Assembly (NCBI GenBank): GCA_030390025.1
Contig: CM059437.1
Coordinates: forward strand, 72,168,001 to 72,232,000
DNA: 64,000 nucleotides
Origin: Squalus acanthias
Lineage: Eukaryota
Direction of reading: 5' to 3'
Below, piece after piece: positions 35,936 through 49,682 of this stretch (position 1 is the first letter of the stretch; the number at the start of each line of letters is the position of its first letter). Under the pieces are notes generated by a model that did not search any database, was not told the DNA's origin, and saw only the letters and a program-made list of their open reading frames with translations. The position numbers and the translations under genes are program-made.

Positions 35936-36580
35936 TTTCTCCAATTAAATATTGGGAAGACTGAAGCCATTGTTTTCGGTCCCCACCACAAACTCCGTTC
36001 CCTAGCCACTGACTCCATCTCTCTCCCTAACATCTGTCTGAGGCTGAACCACACTGTTCACAACCTTGGTGTCATATTTGACCCTAAAATTAGCTTCCGA
36101 CCACATATCTGCGGCATAACTAAGACCGCCTATTTCCACCTCCATAACATCGCCCGTCTCCGCCCTTGCCTCAGCTCATCCGCTGCTGAAACCCTCATCC
36201 ATACCTTTGTTACCTCTAGACTTGACTATTCCAACGCACTTCTGGCTGGCTTCCCACATTCCACCCTACGTAAACTTGAGGTGATCCAAAACTCGGTTCC
36301 CGTATCCTAACGCGCACCAAGTCCCGTTCGCCCATCACCCCTGTGCTCGTTGACCTACATTGGCTCCCAGTTAAGCAACGCCTCGATTTCAAAATTCTCA
36401 TCCTTGTTTTCAAATCCCTCCAAGGCCTCGCCTCGCCCTATCTCCGTAATCTCCTACAGCCCCACAAACCACCCCACACACATACACACAGATAGATATC
36501 TGCACTCCTCTATTCTGCCCTCTTGAGCATCCCTGATTATAATCGCTCAACCATTGGTGGCCGTGCCTTCTGTTGCCTTG
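35936..36580 (+). mobile_element. L2 LINE fragment
   Basis: Encodes QLNIGKTEAIVFG...AETLIHTFVTSRLDYSNALLAG; same family as 9686-10200. Confidence 0.9.
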
Positions 36581-37063
36581 TTGTTGTTGAGGACTCAGGG
36601 TGAAGGTCCACAGAGGGATATCACCAACTTACAAATGAATGGTCAAATCAGGAAGCTGTCATTAGGTGCTGTTAAGCTTGCAATTTTAAAAGCCTAAAGA
36701 TTGCAGATAGAAAGAAAGACTGAGGGAAATGAAGAGTTCTGTTCCAGTTTTAGAAATTTTGCAAATTAGTGATAGTGATACAGAAGGTGTTAAGTTTTGC
36801 AAATAATGTAACAAGTCACACAGAAGGCAATTTCCAAATTACGACATTAAAGAGCGAGATTCTCTCCTCCCCCGAGTTGATGGTACTGAGCCAGCCCAAA
36901 TCTTTGCCAGCTTGGTCCAGTTTCAGCCAACATTGCCACTTGCAGCAGACAGCGGATAATCCCGATCTTTTACACAGCACTTTCAACGGGGCCCTATTCA
37001 CTCCTTTCCTGGAGGCATTGTTACCTTTGTAATGTGTCCAATCTCACTCACTTAGGAGACAAG

Positions 37064-37169
37064 GGGCGCAAAATTGGGCTCGCTAGTAGGCGTTACGAGT
37101 GCCGTTCGGGGACCGAAAGCGCATCGCGATCCCCACACCCGTTTTTGGGGGTTATCCAATTTAGGCCCC
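37064..37169. mobile_element. 106-bp Harbinger-type MITE, TSD AAG
   Basis: aag|GGGCGCAAAATTGG...CCAATTTAGGCCCC|aag. Confidence 0.65.
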
Positions 37170-39914
37170 AAGGTGCTTTTAAATTTGGCACTTTGATTGT
37201 TCAGATCACAGGGCCAATGTTCCACAGTGTGCTACGTTACACAGTGAGGCTACTAAAACCAGCTCCTTTATCCTGACAGCAGAATCACAGGCCATGAAAA
37301 CATGGGTAAGGGAAGTAGTTTTAGCAAAGTGAAGCTGGAACATGGATGTCAGTTTTCTGCAAGGCCAACTGTAAAAGTATTCAATTTAATAGTAATTGGT
37401 TTAAAAATATTAGAGTGTTACCTCACTCTTGACATAAACACAGCTCTGTTAATTTAAATAGGGCTCCTCTCTGTCTCACTCTTTCTGATCATAAATCTCA
37501 CTCCCAATATTTTCCCAGTTGATGTCAATCAACTCTGAATGATGTTCGGTGCCAAGAGATGAAGATGCAGCACAAATTAACTTAAAGCAAAACGTTTTAC
37601 TGCGTGCAAGCGAAGTCTGGAGTATTACTTCAGCAAGGACAACTGTACTGAAATGTTACAGGCACATTAATCGTCATGATTCAGAGGACATTCCGACTGC
37701 TGCTACAGAAATTTACAACACAAGAGAAAATAGGACGGATGGGTGATATGAATAACTGCAGGCTTCAGAGGCTGCTATGGAGGCAGGGAAAGCTGCAGAC
37801 ACTGGGGAGCTGTTTACAGGAGTCCGATGTACTCAATATGAATACATGCAGCCGGCCCAGACAACACCTTGCAGATCGTGTTAAGCCAGTGATTTTCAAA
37901 CTCTTTAATTTTGGTGGCCCCCAGCAAAAAATGACTACACTCCCAGTAAACCCCCACCCCCTGTCCTAACGGCAAAAGAAAACGTCAGCTACCCAAAGTA
38001 AAACAGTGCCATCAATGCAGCAAACATTAAATATACAGCAACAGAAAAAAATACAGCTGGGCAGAAATCTGATCGCCTTCTGGATCCCACTGGAATCACC
38101 CTTCCAAAGCTCTTGGGGGGGTCTCAGGCTCCCTTTTTGATAACTTATTGGATAAACCTCTTCCTTCACTTGTCCCCTCCCTCCATACAGGCAATCACAC
38201 AGCGGGTTTTGCAGAACTGTTTTTGAACATTGGGAATTTCATGCACAAAATCTGTACTGTAAGCAGCTTGAAATCTAGTTTTTTTTTTCAACAAAAAAAT
38301 TGGCCAGACTAGAAGAAAATTGTGATTTTTTTTTTATATACAAATGCTGAAGACTAAAGCAATGTTCACCATCTTCACACGATACCGAACAGCGTTTACT
38401 GATCTCTGTACAGACCCACAACCAAAGTTTAAATGTCTGAAAATTCTTCCATGCATTATACTTATCCATTATGACTTTTCCTATGGGATACAGGTAATGC
38501 TACCAATGCATTTCTACCCCAATGTCTGGTAAACTGTACATTCATATTTACAGTACAATTGAAAAATATAATTGTTCTTTTAGATTGAAGCACTGGTATT
38601 TGGATCTCTTCATAAAAGGTTTACTGGTCTTCAATAGGAGGGAGTCTTTGGCTCAGTGATACCATTCCCATCTCAGAGTCAGAATGTGCAGTCTTCGAAC
38701 CCCGCTCCAGGCTCCGGCTTGGAATTCTGGGATGACTTCCAGGGGGATACTTGTGTCTGGTGGGTGTGGGTGACCTCCCCTCACCTTTCTCACCATACAG
38801 GACTAACTACCATATCGGCTGGTATAAAGATGGTTACTTCCATGCTTATGTTGCAACCTCTCAGACTGTGTGAACCCTTCCACTACTTAACACTATTCTC
38901 TCCATGGGAAGATGTGAAAATATGAAAAACAAAAATAAACTGCCTCCAATTTTTTTTTGCTAAATTAGAGGTGAACAAATAAATATACACACACACACAC
39001 ATTGAAGAACCTCATCAATTCATCATCTTTGTTTAACTGCCACTTGTGTTCCAAAGTAGACTGGATTACTGGAACATGGCTGATATTTGAAAACATCTCC
39101 TTGATGTCACAGCATTTTGGGGATGAAGAGTAGAATGATAGAACTGGAACTTCCCAATGAGCATCCCCTCCTCTCCCCAAATATCAACACATTTCTTATT
39201 GCATTCTGCATCTTCAGTCTGAAGAGCACTTTAAAAAAAAATGCAAAATATACATTACGTACTTGACCTCATTTAACACAAACGGTCTTCTGTGCCCCTC
39301 ACTAATTCAGATCCAGAAAGCTGTTGTCTTCAATCGGCTGCTACTTGGTTTAGGATTTCATTTACCTTATGATACCAGCTGTTTGTCATCAATAAAAATT
39401 TGTATGTGAGGGACAGTGCACCTAAACACAACCCAACAATGAGTTATTGTACGCCTTCTACCAACAGCTGGTATTTCTCTCAAAGTACTGTAACTCATTC
39501 AAATTGTGCCCAGCTTCACTATTCACTGGGATGGCATGTTCTGCCAAGTTGCCATAGTGATATGTTAATAGCTTTAACACAATGTTAATTAAAAAAAAAC
39601 TTTTTAGCAATGTCCTCTATGCTCATCATTTTACACTAGATTGAAGCAAGTCCTATATTTCACATTGGTATCCCTGCACACTCAGATTAGCTGGAATTCA
39701 TGTCCTTATACCCCGTTCACACTCTGTGTCTGATGCCACTATCAGCTTTTAGAAGGATGGAAACTTTGTAACATCTGGAATGGAGGTACAAAATCTCACG
39801 GGTGATTTTCACCCCAGCGCGAGACTGGAATCAATGCAGTGCAAGTCCTTCCCATCCATCCCAACATTTACATCAATCACATAGGGACCAACCAGTGTGG
39901 ATAGTTAAAAGCCC

Positions 39915-41040
39915 ATGGGATCCAGGGCAAAGTGTCAAGTTGGATTCAAAACTGGCTCGGAGACAGGAAGCAGAGGGTAATGGTTAATGGGTGTTTTTGT
40001 GACTGGAAGGCTGTTTCCAGTGGGGTTCCGCAGGGCTCAGTACTGTACTAGGTCCCTTGCTTTTTGTGGTATATATCAATGATCTAGACTTGAATATAGG
40101 GGGTATGGTTAAGAAGTTTGCAGATGATACTAAAATTGGCTGTGTGGTTGATACTGAAGAAGGAAGCTGTAGACTGCAGGAAGATATCAATAAATTGGTC
40201 AGGTGGGCAGAACAGTGGCAAATGGAATTCAATCCGGAGAAGGGTAAGGTAATGCATTTGGGGAGGGCTAACAAGGAAAGGGAATACACATTAAATGGTA
40301 GGACACTGAGTAGTGTAGAGGAACAAAGGGACTTTGGAGTGCATGTCCACAGATCCCTGAAGGTAGCAGGCCAGGTAGATAAGGTGGTTAAGAAGGCATA
40401 CGGAATGCTTGCCTTTATTAGCCGTGGCATAGAATACAAGAGCAGGGGGGTTATGCTTCAACTGTATAAAACACTAGTTAGGCCTCAGCTAGAGTACTGC
40501 GTGCAGTTCTGGTCACCACATTACAGGAAAGATGTGATTGCACTAGAGAGGGTACAGAGGAGATTTACAAGGATGTTGCCGGGAGTAGAGAATCTTAGCT
40601 ATGAGGAAAGACTGGATAGGCTGGGTCTGTTTTCCTTGGAACAGAGGAGGCTGAGAGGAGACCTTATTGAGGTGTATAAAATTATGAGGGGCATAGATAA
40701 AGTGGATAGAAAGGACCTATTCCCCTTAGCAGAGGGGTCAAAAACCAGGGGGCACAGATTTAAAGTAATTGGTGGAAGGTTTAGAGGGGATTTGAGGGGA
40801 AATTTCTTCACCCAGAGGGTTGTGGGGGTCTGGAACTCACTGCCTAAAAGGGTGGTAGAGGCAGGAACCCGAACCACATTTAAAAAGTACCTGGATGTGC
40901 ACTTGGGATGCTGTAACCTGCAGGGCTACGGACCAAGAGCTGGGAAGTGGGACTAGGCTGGATAGCTCTTTGTTGGCCGGCGCAGACACAATGGGATGAA
41001 ATGGCCTCTTTCCGTGCTGTAACTTTCGATGATTCTATGA
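39915..41040 (+). mobile_element. Young CR1 LINE, 5'-truncated; 299-aa open RT C-terminal frame at 40057-40956
   Basis: Peptide YINDLD...KFADDTK...LVRPQLEYCVQFWSP...TRGHRFK; tail gattctatga. Confidence 0.95.
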
Positions 41041-43549
41041 TAATACTCAAGCGTGCGGTTGGATTAAGCTGTGTTTGTAATGAAGAGCCCAGCCGTGGAG
41101 AGGTCACAATGAAAACTTGTAACTGGGCCAGATCACTTACCTCAGACTCTAGAACACAAACTTCCAGCACTAAGTCGTGCGCAATAGAGCTTTGAATAAA
41201 AATATAAGCGACTAAATGAGCCTACCCAATTCGGTTTAATCCTTTCTGTAGCACTTCAACTGGAGGATCTTACATTTGAAAGTTACAATTAAACTTGTTT
41301 TCAATCATTGGGAAGTCTCGAAGACTATTAAAACTGGCAAATAATTTTTATAAAAACCACGATCCTTCTGGTTTTCCTCCCTTCCCCAAAAAAAATCACG
41401 CAACAGTGGAAAATACAGTGCTGAGGGAGTGCTGCATTGTTTGAGATGCCATCCTTTGGGTGGGAATCAAATCAAGGTCCCACCTGCCTTTTCTGATGGA
41501 AGATCCCATGGAGATAGCTCTCCCTGAAAAAAACAACCAGAAGCAGATTAACTGGTTATTCGTCTCACTGCTGGCTGTAGGATCCTGCTGTGCTCAAAAT
41601 TGCTGTTGCATCTGCCCACGTATCAATAGTGACTGCATTCCCAAGTCATTCACTATATGTGACGCACTTTGAAGCATTTTTTTGACAGACCTAAGGTGCT
41701 TGAAAAAGGTTTTCTTTTCATTCCGAGCAAGTGGTTGTTTAAAAATGTCCTTAAAAATACTCCTTCCACACTCCAGAAGTCCTACCATCAAAGTCAATTA
41801 CATTCTAAAAAAAGATGACATTGTAACAAAGTCAGTGTTGCAGTAGAAGTTGTGTGACTATCATAAGTACACAAAAGGAAACAACCCCCCCCACATACGC
41901 ACACAGCCTGGTCAGCCAGTTTATTAAAGAAACACTCAGGAGAAATATCACTAATCCAGGTCATGAGGCCGAGCTGGTACAGAGACTGCATTCAACAAGT
42001 TCGTTGTGCAAGTTGCACATGCCTTCTACCTCAAGTTGCTAACACAGACCTGCAGACCAACAGTTTGGTTGCTCTTTATGGAAGCTGAAAAGAGATCAAA
42101 TAGCTGTCGTCTGAGATTCACGTAAAATACATCGCAAAATTCAGTAGAGATACATCCATATTTGCTCTACATCATCCTTAATCAAGCACTTAGCTAACTT
42201 CAGAGGTTAATGGCTATCTAGCACTCTTTTCAAACTAGTAATGAAGCTGCTTACCAGCAAATTGGAGTATCACAGCTGCTGTTTAAGGCAATACCTTTTA
42301 TTAACAGAATAGGTTTTTAAAACTAAAAAAAGACAAAAGCTTGACGTTAAATTAACTCTCTCTCATGACCGCAAGCTTTTATAGGTCCCTCCCATGAGAT
42401 GTCTGACACTGAAGATGAGCACAAACCCTTTGTAATTAGATATGCGAGTATAAGAAACTGTTGCCTGGTTCTGTATGTTCTCTACCTAGAGAGAAAATGT
42501 GAACAATCAGATGACATTCAAACAGAAGCAAGAGCAGAAAAAAAATTAAAGTTTTTTACGGGGCTAAAAATAAACTGACCTTTTTTAAAAAGTATTTTTA
42601 AATTATAAATGAGTGAAAAAAAATTATTTTTTTTACTTTTTTAAACCCTTATGCTGGTAAAAGCAGGCCTTGCTTTTTAAAGATTTTTAAAGGTTTTCAG
42701 TGGGCGGAGGTTCTGCAGAAAGCGGAACTCTCCGCCCGCGGAGGCCCTTCTCCCGGGCAGGCGCCCGATCTGCCAAGAGGATTCTTGACAGACCGGAAAT
42801 GCCGGTTTTCAGTGTATGCGCTTCGCATGCCTGAAACCGGCACTTGCGAGGTCCCTACGGGTGTGTACACAGCTCGTACACACCCGTGGGGATCGGAAAA
42901 TACGGGCCAAACTATTCTTCAAGCAACCAATGCAAATTTTAAATCATTGCTCACAAGTGTAAATTTTGCTACAGTGAAAGCAACCAGTGCCACCAGTGAA
43001 ACTCAAGTACAATTAATGTACGATACCTTTCTGGATTAATTATACATGCGTGAAAGCCCCTACACAATTAGGAAGTGAAATAAACCAGCTATGCACCACT
43101 GCTGTATCAGATTCTGCAATGATGTATACAGTCTGAAATGGATAAAATGTTTTGTTTGTTGAGAAGGGAGAGAGCAAACTTTTGAAACTATACTTTTTGC
43201 ACTAATGTTACTGTACCTTACAGCACCTTGTGGAACCTTACCCTGCAAGAGTTGGCACCTTCAAGAGAGGGGCAGACAAGAGAGAAGAAATTAAGTAAAG
43301 AAGAGAAATTAGGTAAAGAGGGGGGGAAAAAACTACAAAAAGGAACCACAAAACATTAAGAGCTTGCAATGAAATATTATTTGGCTTAGGTTTGTTACGT
43401 TTAATTACACATACTAATTTTACAGGACTCTTGGCATATATCCAAAATAAACTTATTTAGGACCAACCTACGACAATTTTAAATCTAATAAATTTGCTAC
43501 TAGAAAGGAATGGTGTACTTTTCCAAGGGAGAGCAGAATCCATTTATTT

Positions 43550-44326
43550 CATAGCCTCCAAACACAAATAGATTTGTACCACCACCTCCACTACATCGTT
43601 GCTCAATTAACCAGCTCTGGAGTCAATGTTTGAGAGGCTGTAAATGCCAGGTTGTAATTCATAAGAGTAATTTGTTTGATTCCAGAAGACATTAGCAGTT
43701 ATCGTGTTCACATTAGCCAGCGTAAAATGCCCGTGTTATTTTAATGCTGTTGATGAAAACAGTAATTGGTGTCACTTTTTAAAAAGCTACCCGGGTTTTC
43801 TGCCGCAGTCGAGTTCAATTCAGGTTCAATGTTCCTGAGTTGTCAGAATTAGTCACTGAGTAGAAGTAACCAAACAAGTTAAGTGACCAGCTCAGATTTC
43901 TCACTGATGCACAACAAGGTTGTTAACACTGTTACTGAACTGGTTCAGGCTCCCATAGACCAGGCAACTGCCTTTATTCTCCTTTTAGGCAATCAAGTTC
44001 AGAAGACACACCCTATCTTTTCGGAACCATTGAACCTGGGCCCATCACTAGAGATAAAACAAAACTATCTTGAAAAGATACAGAAGACAATTCTGTTTCT
44101 GAAGAAGAGTCTACACCTAAAACGCCAGTCTGTTCTCTCCACAGAATTTGCCTGGCCTGCTGAGTGTTTCCAGCATTTTCCGTTTTTGTTACTAATTACT
44201 TTTATGAAAAGATTGCTGTATTACAGCCCGGCATTTACAGTCTCGCAAATTGGCGCCAGAGTTGGTTAAATGAGGGACAGTGTAGTGGAGGTGATGGTAC
44301 AAATCCATTTGTGCTTCAAGCCACTG
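43550..44326. mobile_element. Old DNA-transposon relic with about 110-120-bp terminal inverted repeats
   Basis: 43563-43672 aligns as reverse complement to 44194-44313 (tgtagtggaggtg.tggtacaaatc.atttgtg; ggcatttacag). A decayed Penelope tail is nested at about 44095-44190. Confidence 0.7.
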
Positions 44327-44628
44327 TTTACCATGTTATGTTCTCCACATTGAGAGTATTAAAAGTCTTAATTATTAAAATGAAAGTTTTGTTTAGGAAT
44401 GTCTCAAGAATTTAGTAGTTCTTAATAAAACTTTGGACATTTTTCTTCCAGTCCTCTGTAAAATGAACAAGCTTACAACAGTAGCAACTCAGATGGGTAA
44501 ATGGGGCAGCACTGATCCAGTTCATTCGAAATGCTGCTGCCCAGCAAGGTCAAGACCTGCGCTACCTTCCTTACATTAATGAGAAGTCGCACAACACCAG
44601 GTTATAGTCCAACAGATTTATTTAAAAT

Positions 44629-44664
44629 TACAAGCTTTCGGAGCTGTCGCTCCTTCTTCAGGTA
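44629..44664 (-). ncRNA. Minimal hammerhead motif of a second Penelope-like family (fragment 44583-44664)
   Basis: UAC-CUGAAGA-a-GGAGC-gaca-GCUCC-GAAA-GC-UU/GUA; palindromic AAGCUU stem III. Confidence 0.7.
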
Positions 44665-45881
44665 GGGTAGCTGTGAGAGAATCTCCCAGAATTCACAATA
44701 TAAACACAGAAAAAATGTATTCAAATCTTTCCCTACATCAAAGACACACTAAGAGTTACAGCAATTATCGAAGAGAGAGTCCTGTCTAGGGCTCAATGAA
44801 TATACAGTGCCAGTGTGCAGTTTCAGTGGGGTTAGTGGGATAAATAATTCCATGCTATTCCTATATTCAATACTCTGGTATAAAAGGCATGAGGTGTATT
44901 TTTTTTTAAAGCAAGCTTTACTCTAGAATAAAGTATTCAGTACAAGCAGAGCTTGAAAAACCAAGTAAAGGTAGACAAAATTTGTCATGTACACACCTGG
45001 CTTCCAGTTCACAAAGACACACTCTCACACCCTATTGCTATTTACGTCACTGGCAGCATTCTGTCAGTACTGCCTGCCTCAGTACAACATTAGGAAATAC
45101 TAACCTCTTTTGGCAGGCTACATTCCTCACTGTTTTTAACAGCACGTTGGCACAGATATGGCTTGCTTTATTCCGGCTTCCTCCTAATGTAAACACAGCA
45201 ACACAACCCAGACCACCAATTCAAAATCAGACAACACCAAGCTTATTCTAACATTCAACAGTTCTGTGCGACTTTTTTTTAAAAAAGTTAAGCATGAATA
45301 TACAGTTTGAGTTATTTAACAGCAAACTTCATGTCATTAATCTAAAGGACATCTGTCCAAATAGACAGAGCTGAAGCAGGGTTTTCAAACATGGCCTTTC
45401 ATTCCTTCGTGTCTGCACTGTTCCTCCTCCTTGGGCCAGATTTCTTTTCAGCTTTAACACAGACTGCAGTGTATTATCACAGGTAAATGACACAACGTAT
45501 AAATTCAATAACATGTCAAGTTGGAGAGTGTCACAAAGCTTCGGCATTACTGAATACAAGCATGAAACTCATTCCTCATCAATGTTAACCAAGTTCCAAA
45601 ACACATCGCTTATAATTTACTCCAACTAGTGTTACTCTAAAGAATATGTAAGAGTTAGGCTGTTTTTATAGTTATGAGTTTAGTGCTTTCAAGTCAGTTC
45701 CAGCGGAATTGATCACTATTGTTTGCCATAATGGATTTGTCAAGAAAGTAGAATTCATGATGTTATGTGCCAAGATGAAGAAGCAGATGGCAGGAACAAC
45801 AGCTTTTATGAAAGAAAGCCCTTGGATATATGAAGGCTGAGATGCATCTCAAGGGCTTTCACTTACAAATCAAAATATATT

Positions 45882-46105
45882 GGGGCAGACTTTGTGGTCG
45901 GCGGCGGACCTATAGAGTACGCCGCCGGCATCCGAATAGAATACGAACTTACCTGATGAAGACCCTCCTTCGTAAACTTGCTCTCTGGTGCTGTGTACTC
46001 GAGGGCAGCGTAGTAGCCCACGGATCCCAGCGTGTGCAAAAACGTACCTGGGATCAGATGGGCCTCGTGCTCCAATCAATAAACCAAAGGGAAAGTGTCT
46101 ACCTC
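45882..46105. mobile_element. CpG-rich MITE-like element
   Basis: GGGGCAGACTTT ... AAAGTGTCTACCT imperfect TIRs around a CpG-rich core. Confidence 0.45.
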
Positions 46106-47104
46106 CAATACTGGTAACATTCTTTATATTGCATTTCACCCAATGTTATATTTTTTACAGAATTATCTGCAATTGGATGTATTTTCAGAATAATTAGAAG
46201 GGCTAGGAGAATAAATAGTTCCAAAATGACCCTCTCACACACACACACACACAAAATTATTTGGGAATTAATTCTTAAAATCTAATTTAGGTATTAGAGT
46301 TCTGATAAATCGTTCAAGCTCTATGAAATTTCATATAAAATACATCTATAAGAAGTGGAAATATCTGACAGTATTAACATGTACAGGTGATACAAACATA
46401 AATACAACAGAGCCCAAACAAAGATCTAAAAAATCTGTACATTAATCATTGGAGGTGTTCCGGACAGGTTTACAATTCATTATATTATATTAGGGATGGG
46501 CAATAAATGCTGGCCTTGCCAGCGACGCCCAGATCCCATAAGCGAATTAAAATAAAATCACATTCCGGAGCTAATAGAATGAGTAACTGTCTCTATCTAA
46601 TCCCCTTACGCTGATGTAAACAGGCCCTGTGCCTCTTTGCATCAGCCGTAAAATTTTCATACGCAATTGCTGGGCAGTTGGTGGGCAATTAGCCCAACTC
46701 TGCGCCAGCAATTGGGATTTTCAAGGCAGAGCGGATGATCTATCAAGTTGTAACTTGACAGATCGCAAGTTCAGGATTTAATCCCGAACTTGCAGTCCAT
46801 TTCAAAAGGTGGTACGACAGCATACTCAGAGTACACCGTCATACCGGCCGCAAATTCTAGCCCATTATTTTAACCCTTGTAGCTCGTTAATAAAGTCATA
46901 TTTGGAATGTGGAAACTGGGTACCTCATCTTCAAAAGAACACATCAGACAAGAAGAGTACCAGGATGATTTGGGAACACAAAACAGAGTTAAAATAGGCT
47001 GACAGAGCTGAACTTATTCTCATTGGAGAAAAGATTGTTGGGGGACATTGTACTAGTCTTTAAAATGCTGGAAAGGAGAGATAATTTGAATGGAAGGTGG
47101 CTAT

Positions 47105-47632
47105 TTAAACCCCAAATCCAGAACTCTTATCCATGCCTTTGTCACTCCCAGACTCCTCTCCATAAACTTCAGCTCACCCAAAAGTATGCTGACCACATCC
47201 TATCCTGCACCAAGTCCCACGCACCCATCACCCCTGTGCTTGCTGACCTATATTGACTCCCAGTCCCCCAACGCCTTAATTTAAAAATATTCCTCATGTT
47301 TAAACTCCTTGATGGCTTCATCCCTCCCTATCTCCAAAACCTTCTCCAGCCCTATAACCCTCTGTGTTGCTTCAATTTTGGCACCTTGTGTATCCACCAC
47401 TCCCTATACGACATCACTCCAGCCGTGCCTTTAGCCATCTAGGCTTTACTCTCTGGAATTCTCTCCCTAAACGACTCCACTTCTCCCCCTTTATGACCCT
47501 CCTTGAAACCCACCTCTCTGACCAAGCTTTGACCGAATATCTCCTTCTTTGGCTTGGCTGATTATGCTTATGTGAAGCAGCTTGGGACATTTTTCTATCT
47601 TAAAGGTGCTTTATAAATGAAAGTTGTTGTTG
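47105..47632 (+). mobile_element. L2 LINE 3' end
   Basis: Peptide TLIHAFVTPRL...RAFSHLGFTLWNSLP; tail ataaatgaaagttgttgttg. Confidence 0.85.
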
Positions 47633-47734
47633 AAGTAGAAGTCAAGTTCCAATCTGACAAGTTTCTTCTCAGTGCAGTAGATAGGAAGAATAGAAATTGC
47701 TGGTCCATAAAAATTATTTAACGCTTTTTAAAAA

Positions 47735-48030
47735 TAATTTTGTGCACAGGGTGTAGCCAACATTGGCAGTGCCACATTTACTGCCCATCCCTAGTCGTCC
47801 TGAGAAGGTGCTGGGTGGGCTTCTCCTTAAAACATTGCAGTCTGTGAGGCTGAAGGTGCTCCCTCGATGTAGGGAAGTCCAGGATTCTGACCCAGTGACG
47901 ATGAAGAAATGGCGATATATGTCCAAGTCAGGACGGTGTGTGACTTGGGAGGAGAACTTTCAGGCAATGGTATTTCTATGATATTGATGCTCTTGTCCTT
48001 CTCAGTGGTAAAGGCTGTGGGGCTCGCAGG
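47735..48030 (-). mobile_element. Decayed Zenon-like LINE 3' end
   Basis: Degenerate match to 18655-18950. Confidence 0.75.
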
Positions 48031-49682
48031 TTCGGTCAAAGTAACTCTTTTAAACAGTGCCTATGAACACCTGGTTGCAAAATTAATTGAAGGTTCAAAG
48101 CAGGCATGGTAGTCAATGGGATGCTATGGACACAGCGTTATTCTGACCATAGGAATGTGATGAGATGAATGCAACAAATGTGTATGTTTAATGTTCGATT
48201 GATATCATGGGGTTTTTAAACTTATCACCTTTGGAGGACACGGACAGGTAGAAATTTTACCTGCGTTATTCACCTCACTTAAAAGTAATTGATGGTGCAA
48301 ACTGTACAGTAACATGGTCCATTAGAAGGACAAGAGTGATTGGTTAACTGGGCTTTTATTGTTCCACTTCCTTATCTATGACCGTACTTTATCTATGTTG
48401 AAAATGCAGAAGTGACAGCTTCTTCTAGTCCTGCCCAATGGCTGATCATACTGAGCACCAATTTTACAGTTACAAATTTTATTAAAATAAAGGGCAGAGT
48501 CATTTTTTGGATAAGAATTTGAGATTAAGGCCATAAGGTGTATGCAAAGGCTTATCCTGGAGTATTCCTTTAATTAATATGTCAATTGATGTCTTTTATC
48601 TCGTTTGTGCACTGACACAGAACCAGAGTCTGGGCCTGAACATTGGGACACCAAATTGGTGAAACAACCTAGTTTATATTACAAGAGATGAGAGGTGTCT
48701 AACTTTTGCTCAATTGCACATGTGGCAACCTGAAGTTTGTTGGCACATATACGATTGATTTGCTTCACTTCTTTCAACTCTATTACACCAAGAGAAGCCT
48801 AATCACACACAAGTCCTGCTAAACCCATTTACAGGAGGCTGTGGGTGTAAAGTTTAACAAAAAAGAGTAGACGAGAATTGTAAATAAATGGCAAGATTTC
48901 TCCTGGTCGCTATATGTAGCACCATTAGTTCATGTGTGAGGATTTCCTCTGTCCTGTATTTCAAGGGAAATAATAAACACATTCTTTTACAACAACTCTA
49001 CAATTTTGCCGGCAATAGCATACACAAGAAATATTTATTTATGATGCTCCTATACTTAGTAACCAAATAAATCCTTCTCCCAAGGTTGACAAGACTGGTG
49101 GCAAGCAGAAGATGACCAAAAGGTAGGTTTCTTGCACACCTCTGATTGTAAATAGGCCGAAAAGGAAAAATGCACGGAGGGGATTATTAAAGACTGTGAT
49201 GGCTTAATTAAAGGCCAATTGTGTTAAGATCTTGTTTCCTTGCACAGAGGGGAATAAAAATAAAAATAATATTCTGAACTCCCACGCAGAACAGAGGTCA
49301 GTCATAAGAAATAACTACTTATGGATGTATCAACACAGCTAGAACTTAATGTTCAAAAATAATTAGTGGTGGTGCATCCCCTTAGTGATCAAACCCCCGC
49401 TGGGAGCTCCAATCAACCCAACTTCCATTGGCCGACCTGACACACCTGATTCCTACCAGCAGCCTTAAGTATTTAATTTCTATCTTTACAAAGATAGCCT
49501 TAGAACTATGCTCATCCTCTCCATATTAAGAGTGGCTGACTTGTCAGCCGTGTTTATTTGAGTGTATGAGTTGTCAGTCGGAGTTGGACTCAATCAGGGC
49601 AACGCACCAGATATTCCAATCAAACTTTTTAAACAGGACCTTTTCTATCCCAGTTCGTAAAACAGGCTCTGTAAAATCTTTA

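Noticed and set aside
40057-40956. 299-aa ORF as a host gene
   Set aside because: C-terminal half of CR1 ORF2, 5'-truncated and ending in a CR1 tail.
41131-41200. Strong minus-strand donor GAG|GTAAGT at 41141/41140
   Set aside because: No convincing upstream acceptor or in-frame ATG; isolated consensus donors are expected by chance in 64 kb.
44097-44135. Additional hammerhead-like remnants here and near 57703-57740
   Set aside because: Core GAAA or CUGANGA and stem II are degenerate; not credible ribozymes.
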